A DNA stretch of 64,000 bases from Balanoglossus misakiensis (GCA_040954595.2 CM082591.2:9751309-9815308); one strand, 5' to 3'. Positions 25,701-41,280 are shown, counted from the first letter of the stretch. Translations and numbers: made by a program. The notes: generated by a model from the letters alone, not told the origin.

Positions 25701-28700
25701 TTAGGGACTGTTCAGAATTTACTTCCAAGTTGGGGATGGAGGATTTTTTATTTTCCTGGTGATTTATTTCCATGGTCTCCCCTAGTAAATTGTGGAGGAA
25801 ATATGTGGTCCCTCCTTAAATTTCCTGGGGATTTTCCATGGTCCCCCTATTGTGACTTTTATGTCTAGTCTCCCCTAATTTGTCTTGGAGAAAATGGGTG
25901 GTCCCCCCCCCCTCTGAAAATTCTCCGCCCCCTGGAAGTAAATTCTGAACAGTCCCTTATTAAAGCCAACAGCTAGCACCCTGGCTTCTCTGCCAGAGGA
26001 GCGATAACATCGACAAAATGCAGATACACAAGAAATGAGCACTTTATTCCACAAGCGAAGTAGTCTGTTCCCTGCCCCATTCCCACCGCTGGCTGCGCCC
26101 TTTAGCGTAGCGCCGATGGCAGTGGGAATGGGGCAGGGGACCAGACTACAAGTGAAGAACCCCAGTAACAGACGTAACGAACAAACAAACTACATGTACT
26201 AACAACAAAGCAAGAAAAGTGTCAAGCGTCGTCAAAGAAAACGAAAAAGTTCTAGCATGGTTGGTAAAAGTTATTGGTAGAAAACGAATAGGGCCTTCTA
26301 CAAATGACGTCTCAGACCCGCAAACGCCACCAGAACACAAAACACATGCACAGAACAGTTTAAGCCGGTTGTTGTATGGAGCAGCAATAATCTGCGGTTG
26401 GGCCGTCGTAGATTTTCGCTGGTGGTGAAAATAAATAAAACACGATCGATGTTCGATTTATTCCAGATCACATGCGTTTACGGCCAGGAGAGAGCATAAA
26501 AGTCTTCAAATGACCATGTGGTGGCGCACTTTTTCCGATTGGCTGTATTTCAATTTGTTCGTGGTAAATTAATTTTGTGGAGGTGACCAGCACTGAAGCT
26601 CTTAGCTAGGATGAGGTGGGATGGAAAAATGCCCCATTTTAGCTGTTTTAAAATATACGACTATTTATAGACAAAAGGAAAATAAAACAAGCGCAAAAAC
26701 ATACCAAACCTAGTTTTATTAATTAAAAACAAAATTGCTGAGTAAAGGTTTTCATGTGGGCATTCACTTTGAACTTGCTAAATTAATTTAAAGAGACAAA
26801 GTCGCTCTCTCTTTGTCCTTTTGCGATGATAGAATGCTTGCTTGAAGTCTCTCGTGCAATAAATGATGTCGATTCATACATGTATGGATGGTGTATAGGT
26901 GGTCGGAATTTACATGTCTTTGCCACGACCAAACCAACAACACGTAAAATCAAAGTTTGGGTCATGAAATCGAGTTTTGTTACAGTCTAGAATTTCATGC
27001 CACCCCTTATGGTCATATTATTCTTGGTAGGCAAAAGTGACAAGTAGTCAAGTTTCAACACAGGCAACATTTTTTACAAACAAACCACAAAGAAGACATC
27101 AAAAGGGAGAGAATTATAGAATGGTCAATGTGTGAAAAGTTAAGATACGTAAAGTGGCCGGGTTCAACATTAACTCATCGACTTCATATCGTCTTCATGC
27201 CATGGTTTTTGCCTGCCCTGAAAGTTCTTGTCGTTGCAGAAGTGGTTTTGACAGAAAGAATTTAGTCTTCCGGTATGTTTGTGATTATTTGAACACCAGA
27301 CAATACAATGCAACCTTGACTTCCAAAATACTTACCGGCATTGCATTATCTTACCATGGTTAGGCCTACAGTGAACAAATTTTCAACAATATTTTCTGAG
27401 TTACGCTGATATTTGTTTTGTAGTATGGATATTAAATTATACATCCCGATACAAAGCAGAATGTTATAGACTCCTTCCTGAGTGATATTGAAAAAATTAC
27501 CGGAATGCTACCGCCTAATCTATGGTTAGGGTTATTGCTATTATTTTATATCAGTAATCGACTTTGTGTATATCAATGTCATTTTCATAACGAAAATGAA
27601 CTCGAGTCTAATGTAAACGTTACGAATTGATCGAAAGGCGCTCTGATGAATGTTAACACGAGTGCGCAGTGACAAGACATGCATCGTGCATGACAGTGAC
27701 AACAGTTCCTATAGAGCAGTTAAAAAATAAACCGGCCGTCCGTAAATTTATCAGCTATATTTTTTTTTATTTAGTCACGTTTTCCCTGTTGCATGCTATT
27801 AGTTCAGGGGCCAGTTTTAGCAGTGCTCTATTGAGTACTTTCGTATCGATGGATTGATCTCTCGTCCAATCAGAATGGCGGATGGTAGCATGATCCGACA
27901 TATTGCGTATTACAATAGGGCTTCCTCATACAGGTCAGAACGGAGAGGTCATTCCTTTTATTTTAGGACGTCTCAGCTCCTTTGTCTTTTCTGTTATAGT
28001 GTTAAAGAAATCAAACGGTTTTGTTTTGGCCGGTAAACACCGATGGATTAACTCTTAAGTCCATCGTGCATCCAAACGCAGTCGAGTCGGTTTGGTCATT
28101 GTTTATGCGACAGTAAATGCCAAATGTGACAGAAGCATCATATTAAATGAGATAGAATACACAAACAAACAAACATACGAATAAACAAACAGGCAAACAA
28201 ACAAACAAACAACCATTAGGGACTGTTCAGAATTTACTTCCAAGTTGGGGATGGAGGATTTTTTATTTTCCTGGTGATTTTTTTCTATGGTCTCCCCTAG
28301 TAAATTGTGGAGGAAATATGTGGACCCTCCTTAAATTTCCTGGGGATTTTCCATGGTCCCCCTATTGTGACTTTTATGTCTAGTCTCCCCTAATTTGTCT
28401 TGGAGAAAATGGGTGGTCCCCCCCCCCTCTGAAAATTCTCCGCCCCCTGGAAGTAAATTCTGAACAGTCCCTTATTAAAGCCAACAGCTAGCACCCTGGC
28501 TTCTCTGCCAGAGGAGCGATAACATCGACAAAATGCAGATACACAAGAAATGAGCACTTTATTCCACAAGTGAAGTAGTCTGTTCCCTGTCCCATTCCCA
28601 CCGCTGGCTGCGCCCTTTAGCGTAGCGCCGATGGCAGTGGGAATGGGGCAGGGGACCAGACTACAAGTGAAGAACCCCAGTAACAGACGTAACGAACAAA

Positions 28701-31700
28701 CAAACTACATGTACTAACAACAAAGCAAGAAAAGTGTCAAGCGTCGTCAAAGAAAACGAAAAAGTTCTAGCATGGTTGGTAAAAGTTATTGGTAGAAAAC
28801 GAATAGGGCCTTCTACAAATGACGTCTCAGACCCACAAACGCCACCAGAACACAAAACACATGCACAGAACAGTTTAAGCCGGTTGTTGTATGGAGCAGC
28901 AATAATCTGCGGTTGGGCCGTCGTAGATTTTCGCTGGTGGTGAAAATAAATAAAACACGATCGATGTTCGATTTATTCCAGATCACATGCGTTTACGGCC
29001 AGGAGAGAGCATAAAAGTCTTCAAATGACCATGTGGTGGCGCACTTTTTCCGATTGGCTGTATTTCAATTGTTCGTGGTAAATTAATTTTGTGGAGGTGA
29101 CCGGCACTGAAGCTCTTAGCTAGGATGAGGTGGGATGGAAAAATGCCCCATTTTAGCTGTTTTAAAATATACGACTATTTATAGACAAAAGGAAAATAAA
29201 ACAAGCGCAAAAACATACCAAACCTAGTTTTATTAATTAAAAACAAAATTGCTGAGTAAAGGTTTTCATGTGGGCATTCACTTTGAACTTGCTAAATTAA
29301 TTTAAAGAGACAAAGTCGCTCTCTCTTTGTCCTTTTGCGATGATAGAATGCTTGCTTGAAGTCTCTCGTGCAATAAATGATGTCGATTCATACATGTATG
29401 GATGGTGTATAGGTGGTCGGAATTTACATGTCTTCGCCACGACCAAACCAACAACACGTAAAATCAAAGTTTGGGTCATAAAATCGAGTTTGGTTACCGT
29501 CTAGAATTTCATGCCACCCCTTATGGTCATATTATTCTTGGTAGGCAAAAGTGACAAGTAGTCAAGTTTCAACACAGGCAACATTTTTTACAAACAAACC
29601 ACAAAGAAGACATCAAAAGGGAGAGAATTATAGAATGGTCAATGTGTGAAAAGTTAAGATACGTAAAGTGGCCGGGTTCAACATTAACTCATCGACTTCA
29701 TATCGTCTTCATGCCATGGTTTTTGCCTGCCCTGAAAGTTCTTGTCGTTGCAGAAGTGGTTTTGACAGAAAGAATTTAGTCTTCCGGGATGTTTGTGATT
29801 ATTTGAACACCAGACAATACAATGCAACCTTGACTTCCAAAATACTTACCGGCATTGCATTATCTTACCATGGTTAGGCCTACAGTGAACACATTTTCAA
29901 CAATATTTTCTGAGATACCGCTGATATTTGTTTTGTAGTATGGATATTAAATTATACATCCCGATACAAAACAGAATGTTATAGAATCCTTCCTGAGTGA
30001 TATTGAAAAAATTACCGGAATGCTACCGCCTAATCTATGGTTAGGGTTATTGCTATTATTTTATATCAGTAATCGACTTTGTGTATATCAATGTCATTTT
30101 CATAACGAAAATGAACTCGAGTCTAATGTAAACGTTACGAATTGATCGAAAGGCGCTCTGATGAATGTTAACACGAGTGCGCAGTGACAAGACATGCATC
30201 GTGCATGACAGTGACAACAGTTCCTATAGAGCAGTTAAAAAATAAACCGGCCGTCCGTAAATTTATCAGCTATATTTTTTTTTATTTAGTCACGTTTTCC
30301 CTGTTGCATGCTATTAGTTCAGGGGCTAGTTTTAGCAGTGCTCTATTGAGTACTTTCGTATCGATGGATTGATCTCTCGTCCAATCAGAATGGCGGATGG
30401 TAGCATGATCCGACATATTGCGTATTACAATAGGGCTTCCTCATACAGGTCAGAACGGAGAGGTCTTTCATTTTATTTTAGGACGTCTCAGCTCCTTTGT
30501 ATTTTCTGTTATAGTGTTAACGAAATCAAACGGTTTTGTTTTGGCCGGTAAACACCGATGGATTAACTCTTAAGTCCATCGTGCATCCAAACGCAGTCGA
30601 GTCGGTTTGGTCATTGTTTATGCGACAGTAAATGCCAAATGTGACAGAAGCATCATATTAAATGAGATAGAATACACAAACAAACAAACATACGAATAAA
30701 CAAACAGGCAAACAAACAAACAAACAAACAAACAAACAACCATTAGGGACTGTTCAGAATTTACTTCCAAGTTGGGGATGGAGGATTTTTTATTTTCCTG
30801 GTGATTTTTTTCCATGGTCTCCCCTAGTAAATTGTGGTGGAAATATGTGGTCCCTCCTTAAATTTCCTGGGGATTTTCCATGGTCCCCCTATTGTGACTT
30901 TTATGTCTAGTCTCCCCTAAATTGTCTTGGAGAAAATGGGTGGTCCCCCCCCCTCTGAAAATTCTCCGCCCCCTGGAAGTAAATTCTGAACAGTCCCTTA
31001 TTAAAGCCAACAGCTAGCACCCTGGCTTCTCTGCCAGAGGAGCGATAACATCGACAAAATGCAGATACACAAGAAATGAGCACTTTATTCCACAAGTGAA
31101 GTAGTCTGTTCCCTGCCCCATTCCCACCGCTGGCTGCGCCCTTTAGCGTAGCGCCGATGGCAGTGGGAATGGGGCAGGGGACCAGACTACAAGTGAAGAA
31201 CCCCAGTAACAGACGTAACGAACAAACAAACTACATGTACTAACAACAAAGCAAGAAAAGTGTCAAGCGTCGTCAAAGAAAACGAAAAAGTTCTAGCATG
31301 GTTGGTAAAAGTTATTGGTAGAAAACGAATAGGGCCTTCTACAAATGACGTCTCAGACCCGCAAACGCCACCAGAACACAAAACACATGCACAGAACAGT
31401 TTAAGCCGGTTTTTGTATGGAGCAGCAATAATCTGCGGTTGGGCCGTCGTAGATTTTCGCTGTTGGTGAAAATAAATAAAACACGATCGATGTTCGATTT
31501 ATTCCAGATCACATGCGTTTACGGCCAGGAGAGAGCATAAAAGTCTTCAAATGACCATGTGGTGGCGCACTTTTTCCGATTGGCTGTATTTCAATTTGTT
31601 CGTGGTAAATTAATTTTGTGGAGGTGACCGGCACTGAAGCTCTTAGCTAGGATGAGGTGGGATGGAAAAATGCCCCATTTTAGCTGTTTTAAAATATACG

Positions 31701-34700
31701 ACTATTTATAGACAAAAGGAAAATAAAACAAGCGCAAAAACATACCAAACCTAGTTTTATTAATTAAAAACAAAATTGCTGAGTAAAGGTTTTCATGTGG
31801 GCATTCACTTTGAACTTGCTAAATTAATTTAAAGAAGTCGCTCTCTCTTTGTCCTTTTGCGATGATAGAATGCTTGCTTGAAGTCTCTCGTGCAATAAAT
31901 GATGTCGATTCATACATGTATGGATGGTGTATAGGTGGTCGGAATTTACATGTCTTTGCCACGTAAAATCAAAGTTTGGGTCATGAAATCGAGTTTTGTT
32001 ACAGTCTAGAATTTCATGCCACCACTTATGGTCATATTATTCTTGGTAGGCAAAAGTGACAAGTAGTCAAGTTTCAACACATGCAACATTTTTTACAAAC
32101 AAACAACAAAGAAGACATCAAAAGGGAGAGAATTATAGAATGGTCAATGTGTGAAAAGTTAAGATACGTAAAGTGGCCGGGTTCAACATTAGCTCATCGA
32201 CTTCATATCGTCTTCATGCCATGGTTTTTGCCTGCCCTGAAAGTTCTTGTCGTTGCAGAAGTGGTTTTGACAGAAAGAATTTAGTCTTCCGGGATGTTTG
32301 TGATTATTTGAACACCAGACAATACAATGCAACCTTGACTTCCAAAATACTTACCGGCATTGCATTATCTTACCATGGTTAGGCCTACAGTGAACAAATT
32401 TTCAACAATATTTTCTGAGTTACCGCTGATATTTGTTTTGTAGTATGGATATTAAATTATACATCCCGATACAAATCAGAATGTTATAGAATCCTTCCTG
32501 AGTGATATTGAAAAAATTACCGGAATGCTACCGCCTAATCTATGGTTAGGGTTATTGCTATTATTTTATATCAGTAATCGACTTTGTGTATATCAATGTC
32601 ATTTTCATAACGGAAATGAACTCGAGTCTAATGTAAACGTTACGAATTGATCGAAAGGCGCTCTGATGAATGTTAACACGAGTGCGCAGTGACAAGACAT
32701 GCATCGTGCGTGACAATGACAACAGTTCCTATAGAGCAGTTAAAAAATAAACCGGCCGTCCGTAAATTTATCAGCTATATTTTTTTTTTATTTAGTCACG
32801 TTTTCCCTGTTGCATGCTATTAGTTCAGGGGCCAGTTTTAGCAGTGCTCTATTGATTACTTTCGTATCGATGGATTGATCTCTCGTCCAATCAGAATGGC
32901 GGATGGTAGCATGATCCGACATATTGCGTATTACAATAGGGCTTCCTCATACAGGTCAGAACGGAGAGGTCATTCCTTTTATTTTAGGACGTCTCAGCTC
33001 CTTTGTCTTTTCTGTTATAGTGTTTAAGAAATCAAACGGTTTTGTTTTGGCCGGTAAACACCGATGGATTAACTCTTAAGTCCATCGTGCATCCAAACGC
33101 AGTCGAGTCGGTTTGGTCATTGTTTATGCGACAGTAAATGCCAAATGTGACAGAAGCATCATATTAAATGAGATAGAATACACAAACAAACAAACATACG
33201 AATAAACAAACAGGCAAACAAACAAACAAACAACCATTAGGGACTGTTCAGAATTTACTTCCAAGATGGGGATGGAGGATTTTTTATTTTCCTGGTGATT
33301 TTTTTCCATGGTCTCCCCTAGTAAATTGTGGAGGAAATATGTGGTCCCTCCTTAAATTTCCTGGGGATTTTCCATGGTCCCCCTATTGTGACTTTTATGT
33401 CTAGTCTCCCCTAATTTGTCTTGGAGAAAATGGGTGGTCCCCCCCCCCCTCTGAAAATTCTCCGCCCCCTGGAAGTAAATTCTGAACAGTCCCTTATTAA
33501 AGCCAACAGCTAGCACCCTGGCTTCTCTGCCAGAGGAGCGATAACATCGACAAAATGCAGATACACAAGAAATGAGCACTTTATTCCACAAGTGAAGTAG
33601 TCTGTTCCCTGCCCCATTCCCACCGCTGGCTGCGCCCTTTAGCGTAGCGCCGATGGCAGTGGGAATGGGGCAGGGGACCAGACTACAAGTGAAGAACCCC
33701 AGTAACAGACGTAGCGAACAAACAAACTACATGTACTAACAACAAAGCAAGAAAAGTGTCAAGCGTCGTCAAAGAAAACGAAAAAGTTCTAGCATGGTTG
33801 GTAAAAGTTATTGGTAGAAAACGAATAGGGCCTTCTACAAATGACGTCTCAGACCCGCAAACGCCACCAGAACACAAAACACATGCACAGAACAGTTTAA
33901 GCCGGTTGTTGTATGGAGCAGCAATAATCTGCGGTTGGGCCGTCGTAGATTTTCGCTGGTGGTGAAAATAAATAAAACACGATCGATGTTCGATTTATTC
34001 CAGATCACATGCGTTTACGGCCAGGAGAGAGCATAAAAGTCTTCAAATGACCATGTGGTGGCGCACTTTTTCCGATTGGCTGTATTTCAATTTGTTCGTG
34101 GTAAATTAATTTTGTGGAGGTGACCGGCACTGAAGCTCTTAGCTAGTATGAGGTGGGATGGAAAAATGCCCCATTTTAGCTGTTTTAAAATATACGACTA
34201 TTTATAGACAAAAGGAAAATAAATCAAGCGCAAAAACATACCAAACCTAGTTTTATTAATTAAAAACAAAATTGCTGAGTAAAGGTTTTCATGTGGGCAT
34301 TCACTTTGAACTTGCTAAATTAATTTAAAGAGACAAAGTCGCTCTCTCTTTGTCCTTTTGCGATGATAGAATGCTTGCTTGAAGTCTCTCGTGCAATAAA
34401 TGATGTCGATTCATACATGTATGGATGGTGTATAGGTGGTCGGAATTTACATGTCTTCGCCACGTAAAATCAAAGTTTGGGTCATGAAATCGAGTTTTGT
34501 TACAGTCTAGAATTTCATGCCACCACTTATGGTCATATTATTCTTGGTAGGCAAAAGTGACAAGTAGTCAAGTTTCAACACATGCAACATTTTTTACAAA
34601 CAAACAACAAAGAAGACATCAAAAGGGAGAGAATTATAGAATGGTCAATGTGTGAAAAGTTAAGATACGTAAAGTGGCCGGGTTCAACATTAGCTCATCG

Positions 34701-37653
34701 ACTTCATATCGTCTTCATGCCATGGTTTTTGCCTGCCCTGAAAGTTCTTGTCGTTGCAGAAGTGGTTTTGACAGAAAGAATTTAGTCTTCCGGGATGTTT
34801 GTGATTATTTGAACACCAGACAATACAATGCAACCTTGACTTCCAAAATACTTACCGGCATTGCATTATCTTACCATGGTTAGGCCTACAGTGAACAAAC
34901 TTTCAACAATATTTTCTGAGTTACCGCTGATATTTGTTTTGTAGTATGGATATTAAATTATACATCCCGATACAAATCAGAATGTTATAGAATCCTTCCT
35001 GAGTGATATTGAAAAAATTACCGGAATGCTACCGCCTAATCTATGGTTAGGGTTATTGCTATTATTTTATATCAGTAATCGACTTTGTGTATATCAATGT
35101 CATTTTCATAACGAAAATGAACTCGAGTCTAATGTAAACGTTACGAATTGATCGAAAGGCGCTCTGATGAATGTTAACACGAGTGCGCAGTGACAAGACA
35201 TGCATCGTGCGTGACAATGACAACAGTTCCTATAGAGCAGTTAAAAAATAAACCGGCCGTCCGTAAATTTATCAGCTATATTTTTTTTTTATTTAGTCAC
35301 GTTTTCCCTGTTGCATGCTATTAGTTCAGGGGCCAGTTTTAGCAGTGCTCTATTGATTACTTTCGTATCGATGGATTGATCTCTCGTCCAATCAGAATGG
35401 CGGATGGTAGCATGATCCGACATATTGCGTATTACAATAGGGCTTCCTCATACAGGTCAGAACGGAGAGGTCATTCCTTTTATTTTAGGACGTCTCAGCT
35501 CCTTTGTCTTTTCTGTTATAGTGTTAAAGAAATCACACGGTTTTGTTTTGGCCGGTAAACACCGATGGATTAACTCTTAAGTCCATCGTGCATCCAAACG
35601 CAGTCGAGTCGGTTTGGTCATTGTTTATGCGACAGTAAATGCCAAATGTGACAGAAGCATCATATTAAATGAGATAGAATACACAAACAAACAAACATAC
35701 GAATAAACAAACAGGCAAACAAACAAACAAACAACCATTAGGGACTGTTCAGAATTTACTTCCAAGTTGGGGATGGAGGATTTTTTATTTTCCTGGTGAT
35801 TTTTTTCCATGGTCTCCCCTAGTAAATTGTGGAGAAAATATGTGGTTCCTCCTTAAATTTCCTGGGGATTTTCCATGGTCCCCCTATTGTGACTTTTATG
35901 TCTAGTCTCCCCTAATTTATCTTGGAGAAAATGGGTGGTCCCCCCCCCCTCTGAAAATTCTCCGCCCCCGGGAAGTAAATTCTGAACAGTCCCTTATTAA
36001 AGCCAACAGCTAGCACCCTGGCTTCTCTGCCAGAGGAGCGATAACATCGACAAAATGCAGATACACAAGAAATGAGCACTTTATTCCACAAGTGAAGTAG
36101 TCTGTTCCCTGCCCCATTCCCACCGCTGGCTGCGCCCTTTAGCGTAGCGCCGATGGCAGTGGGAATGGGGCAGGGGACCAGACTACAAGTGAAGAACCCC
36201 AGTAACAGACGTAACGAACAAACAAACTACATGTACTAACAACAAAGCAAGAAAAGTGTCAAGCGTCGTCAAAGAAAACGAAAAAGTTCTAGCATGGTTG
36301 GTAAAAGTTATTGGTAGAAAACGAATAGGGCCTTCTACAAATGACGTCTCAGACCCGCAAACGCCACCAGAACACAAAACACATGCACAGAACAGTTTAA
36401 GCCGGTTGTTGTATGGAGCAGCAATAATCTGCGGTTGGGCCGTCGTAGATTTTCGCTGGTGGTGAAAATAAATAAAACACGATCGATGTTCGATTTATTC
36501 CAGATCACATGCGTTTACGGCCAGGAGAGAGCATAAAAGTCTTCAAATGACCATGTGGTGGCGCACTTTTTCCGATTGGCTGTATTTCAATTTGTTCGTG
36601 GTAAATTAATTTTGTGGAGGTGACCGGCACTGAAGCTCTTAGCTAGGATGAGGTGGGATGGAAAAATGCCCCATTTTAGCTGTTTTAAAATATACGACTA
36701 TTTATAGACAAAAGGAAAATAAAACAAGCGCAAAAACATACCTAACCTAGTTTTATTAATTAAAAACAAAATTGCTGAGTAAAGGTTTTCATGTGGGCAT
36801 TCACTTTGAACTTGCTAAATTAATTTAAAGAGACAAAGTCGCTCTCTCTTTGTCCTTTTGCGATGATAGAATGCTTGCTTGAAGTCTCTCGTGCAATAAA
36901 TGATGTCGATTCATACATGTATGGATGGTGTATAGGTGGTCGGAATTTACATGTCTTTGCCACGACCAAACCAACAACACGTAAAATCAAAGTTTGGGTC
37001 ATGAAATCGAGTTTTGTTACAGTCTAGAATTTCATGCCACCCCTTATGGTCATATTATTCTTGGTAGGCAAAAGTGACAAGTAGTCAAGTTTCAACACAG
37101 GCAACATTTTTTACAAACAAACCACAAAGAAGACATCAAAAGGGAGAGACTTATAGAATGGTCAATGTGTGAAAAGTTAAGATACGTAAAGTGGCCGGGT
37201 TCAACATTAACTCATCGACTTCATATCGTCTTCATGCCATGGTGTTTGCCTGCCCTGAAAGTTCTTGTCGTTGCAGAAGTGGTTTTGACATAAAGAATTT
37301 AGTCTTCCGGGATGTTTGTGATTATTTGAACACCAGACAATACAATGCAACCTTGACTTCCAAAATACTTACCGGCATTGCATTATCTTACCATGGTTAG
37401 GCCTACAGTGAACACATTTTCAACAATATTTTCTGAGTTACCGCTGATATTTGTTTTGTAGTATGGATATTAAATTATACATCCCGATACAAAACAGAAT
37501 GTTATAGAATCCTTCCTGAGTGATATTGAAAAAATTACCGGAATGCTACCGCCTAATCTATGGTTAGGGTTATTGCTATTATTTTATATCAGTAATCGAC
37601 TTTGTGTATATCAATGTCATTTTCATAACGAAAATGAACTCGAGTCTAATGTA

Positions 37654-37681
37654 TAATAATAATAATAATAATAATTTTATT
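37654..37681 (-). repeat. LINE 3' end: AATAAA followed by (TTA)7 tail
   Basis: Plus strand (TAA)7 at 37654-74 and TTTATT at 37676-81. Confidence 0.9.
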
Positions 37682-37839
37682 CCACTTGCACTACAGGCCT
37701 CCAGCCCAATGTACTGGAATATTTTAAATACATTTCAGGAAAAAAATAAAATGTTACAGAACACAGTGACCTTGAGATTGTTAAGATTTGCAGGGGGTTT
37801 CTTTTACAGTGAAAACAAGAACCAGCACTTTCCCGGAAG

Positions 37840-40800
37840 TCAGTTCACCAACTCCTTCCTTTTGTTAAAGGCATAAAATAAGTAAAGGCTTAGCTTTCTT
37901 AAGATATTCGGATTTTGTGTTGACATAATTTGCATAAATTTATCAATAGAAGGGTTGGTAAGAAATTGAGCAGGTAAGTATTTTACCCTGATGGTATCGT
38001 ATAACTTACATTGTAATAAAAAGTGGTATTCATTTTCTATGTACCCATCGTTACAAATACACAACCTGTCTTCACGTGGGGTGTTATTTCGTCTACCTTG
38101 TTCAATATGAAGTGGATGGTTAGATAATCGAAAAGAAGTTAAGGCAGCTCTAAAAATAGGCTTCAGGGTGGTGAGGAGGTATGGTTCTATCAATAGAGTA
38201 GATTTAAAAAGTCTATATGATTGCAGCCTGTTGTAAGTACCAATTTCCACGTTCCAGTCTTGCAGTTCTATGTCTGTACAACGCTGTCTAAATTCCGAAA
38301 GGAATTTTGTCTCGTTACCCACTCCCTGATTATACCATGCCTCCGCAAACCCATATGAGAACAGGAGAGATCTCACAGCTTTTACCCAACATTCACAATT
38401 TCTTTCAGCCAGTTTACATTGCTCTTGGTACGCATGAAAAATATATCTCTTAGTATCAGCGTTTGTTAAACGTAACCAGAACTTTATCATTTTTGGAAGT
38501 CTTAGCGTTCTCATGCTAAATCTTCCCAACTCCCCTCTTACTGCAATATTGACAACTGGACCATGTTGGTGTAAGAGAAACTTACAAAACTTTAAATGAA
38601 TTATTTCAATATCAGGCGCTTGTATGTACCCCCACGCCTCTGAGCAGTAATTCAAAATGGGTGCTATTTTTATATCAAAAATCTTTAAACATGTTTTGAT
38701 TGGAACATCTCCCAAAGCTTTGAGTCGGGAGGTAACAGAATATAAAGCTTTAGCAGCTTGATCCGCTAACACTTTTTGTGCCTTAGACCATATACCACTG
38801 CATGAAAAAACAATACCCAAATACTTGAAATAAGTAACCACTTTGACAGGCTGGCCCCGGAAAAACCATTTTTCATTGTTACGTAAGCGTCCACCCCTTC
38901 TAAAAACAACAATATTTGTTTTTTCAAGATTCACAGTGAGCTTATATTTTACACAATAACAGTCTAGCTCGTTAAGTAATCTCTGCAATTTGATTTTCGT
39001 TTCAGCAATCAAAACCATGTCATCTGCAAATAAGAGATAGAAAATTTGAACCAAGCCCACAGAACAACCACTCACCCAAGTATTCTCAGTAAATTCTTTA
39101 TGTAAATCGTTCAGAAAAAAGGAGAAAAGAAATGGGGAGAGTATGCAACCCTGTCTGACCCCGTGTGGACAATTGAAAAACTCTGTAAGCCCCTCCATAC
39201 CGAGAACACAAGTTTTCACGTCAGAGTAAATGGCATGCAACATTTTAAACATTTTGCCCTTAAGTCCCGCTTCCCGTAACTTTAGGAAAAGAGCTGTTCT
39301 GTGCACCCGGTCAAATGCCTTCTCGAAGTCTACAAAGGCGCAATACAATCTACCTTGTCTCCGACTTAAATATTTTTGGACAAGTGTTTGTAAAATGAAA
39401 ATATTGTCTGCAGTAGTATACCCTTTACGGAAGCCAGCTTGTTCTTCTCTGAACTCTACACAATTGTCTTGCCAAAGTTGCAACCTGTTGTACAAAATTC
39501 TTGTAAAAATTTTACTTATCACAGGTAAGAGTGTAATCCCTCTATAATTGTTTGGGCTCTGTTTGTCACCCTTCTTGAAAATTGGTACAATGATACCTTC
39601 AGCCCAAATCAAGGGAAAATTACTCGAATTGAAAACAGCATTAAAAAGCTCACGTAACATGGGAATTAGTACAGGCCTACATTACTTGAAAAACAATGGT
39701 GGGATTCCGTCTATTCCAGGTGATTTGTCACTTTTTAAGCAATTGATACTACCAACAATTTCGTCGTCAGTGATCGGCTGGTCTAAAATCTCAGAGACAG
39801 TTTCGTTCACCTCTGAGGTCTCGGAATTCCTGAGTATGTCAGTGGCGTCATGCATGTATGTCAACAAATCTCTATATTGATCTTGTTCCTGGCTATCCTG
39901 AGGGTTGTAAAGATTCTGAAAGTAGTTATACCACACCTCGTTGTTAATGCTCGGTGATGTGCGAGTTTTTGTATTTTTGAAAAAAGACCAAAACTTCTTT
40001 GAATCCTTTTCTCTTAGTGCTAAATCTATTCTTTGGAGTCTATCTACCTTAAACTTATATTTCTTTTCTTTAATTAAGTGACGGTACTCTTTTTTCTTTT
40101 GTCTGTAATGCTCCAAATCGACCGCATTCTTGTTTTTCCTGTAAGTATTCAATGCCTTGTAAACTGAATTTCGAGCGGTCTGGCACTCTCTGTCAAACCA
40201 AGTATTTGTATTCCAGACACGACGCTTTGAACCAGTCGTTTGAGGCTTGGCGGCTTTGTAAAATAACTGATTAAACTTAGTTGCCAAGCCGTTTATATCT
40301 ACTGCAGAAGTGAGGGGGTCTGTAAATTCTGCAATAAGAGCTTCCAGAGAATTTTCCGAAAAAACATTTACAAAGTCGGCAGTATCGATACGATACTTAA
40401 TGAATGGTTTTGAAGGTGGTAAATGGTGGGAGGCACTATCATTTCTCCCATCACTTGTACAATTTTGAATGGGGAGTGAAAAGGAAAAGAGTATTGGGAA
40501 ATGGTCAGACTCGAATCTATTACCAACTTTAAAATACAAAATATTGGAAAGAAATTCTCTACTAACTATCAGATAATCGATAGTACTTCTACCAGAGCCA
40601 CTGAGAAATGTATATTCTCCATTACTGTCATCACATGTTCGACCATTTACAATGCTGAGGGAAACTGTTTTACACAAATTGATAAGATTTTCCCCATATT
40701 TATTTGTCACGCTGTCACAATTTCTACGAGACCTGATCTGCGTATCTTCCATATAGTCCAGGTCGTCAATAGGCAAATGATTAACGCTATCGTGTACAAT

Positions 40801-41280
40801 AAAGTCTTCTAGTTGACCCGTACGGGCATTGAAATCTCCGCAGAGAATGATTTGACAGTTTTGGTACGCGCAACGAAAGTCAGCTATTCTTTCTTCAATG
40901 TAGTCAAAAATACCCTCATTTGCATACTCCGATGATCCTTGTGGGGTGACATACACTAGACCAATTATCCACGTGCTTTCATTTTCTGTAGGACAGAATT
41001 TCAGCCACATGACATCTTCACTGTCATTATGTAAATGTGTTACAAATTTACAATGCTCATTCCTGATAAAAATAGCCACGCCACCTGAGGGTCTTCCCCT
41101 TGTTGATTTAGGTGTACGAATAGAAGAGAAGCTATTATAGCCATCCAAGTTGAACACCTGGTTCTTGGTAGCCCAAGTCTCTGTAAAACCAATGATGTCA
41201 TACTCACTAATGTAATCGATGAAATCTCTTGTCGCCCATTTGGATTTGAGTCCCCTGATATTCCAAACAATGAAATTCAT
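37840..41280 (-). pseudogene. LINE ORF2 (AP endonuclease + reverse transcriptase), interrupted by one in-frame TAA at 39684-39682
   Basis: APE motifs WNIRGL, ETW, GDFNAR, IDY, SDHFP; KSPGIDGIP; RT motifs YRGITLL, QAGFR, FVDFEKAFD, GVRQGCILSPFLF, FADD, YLG; C-terminal C-x-C...H...C. The two track ORFs (534 aa and 606 aa) are in the same frame, 7 codons apart. Confidence 0.92.
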
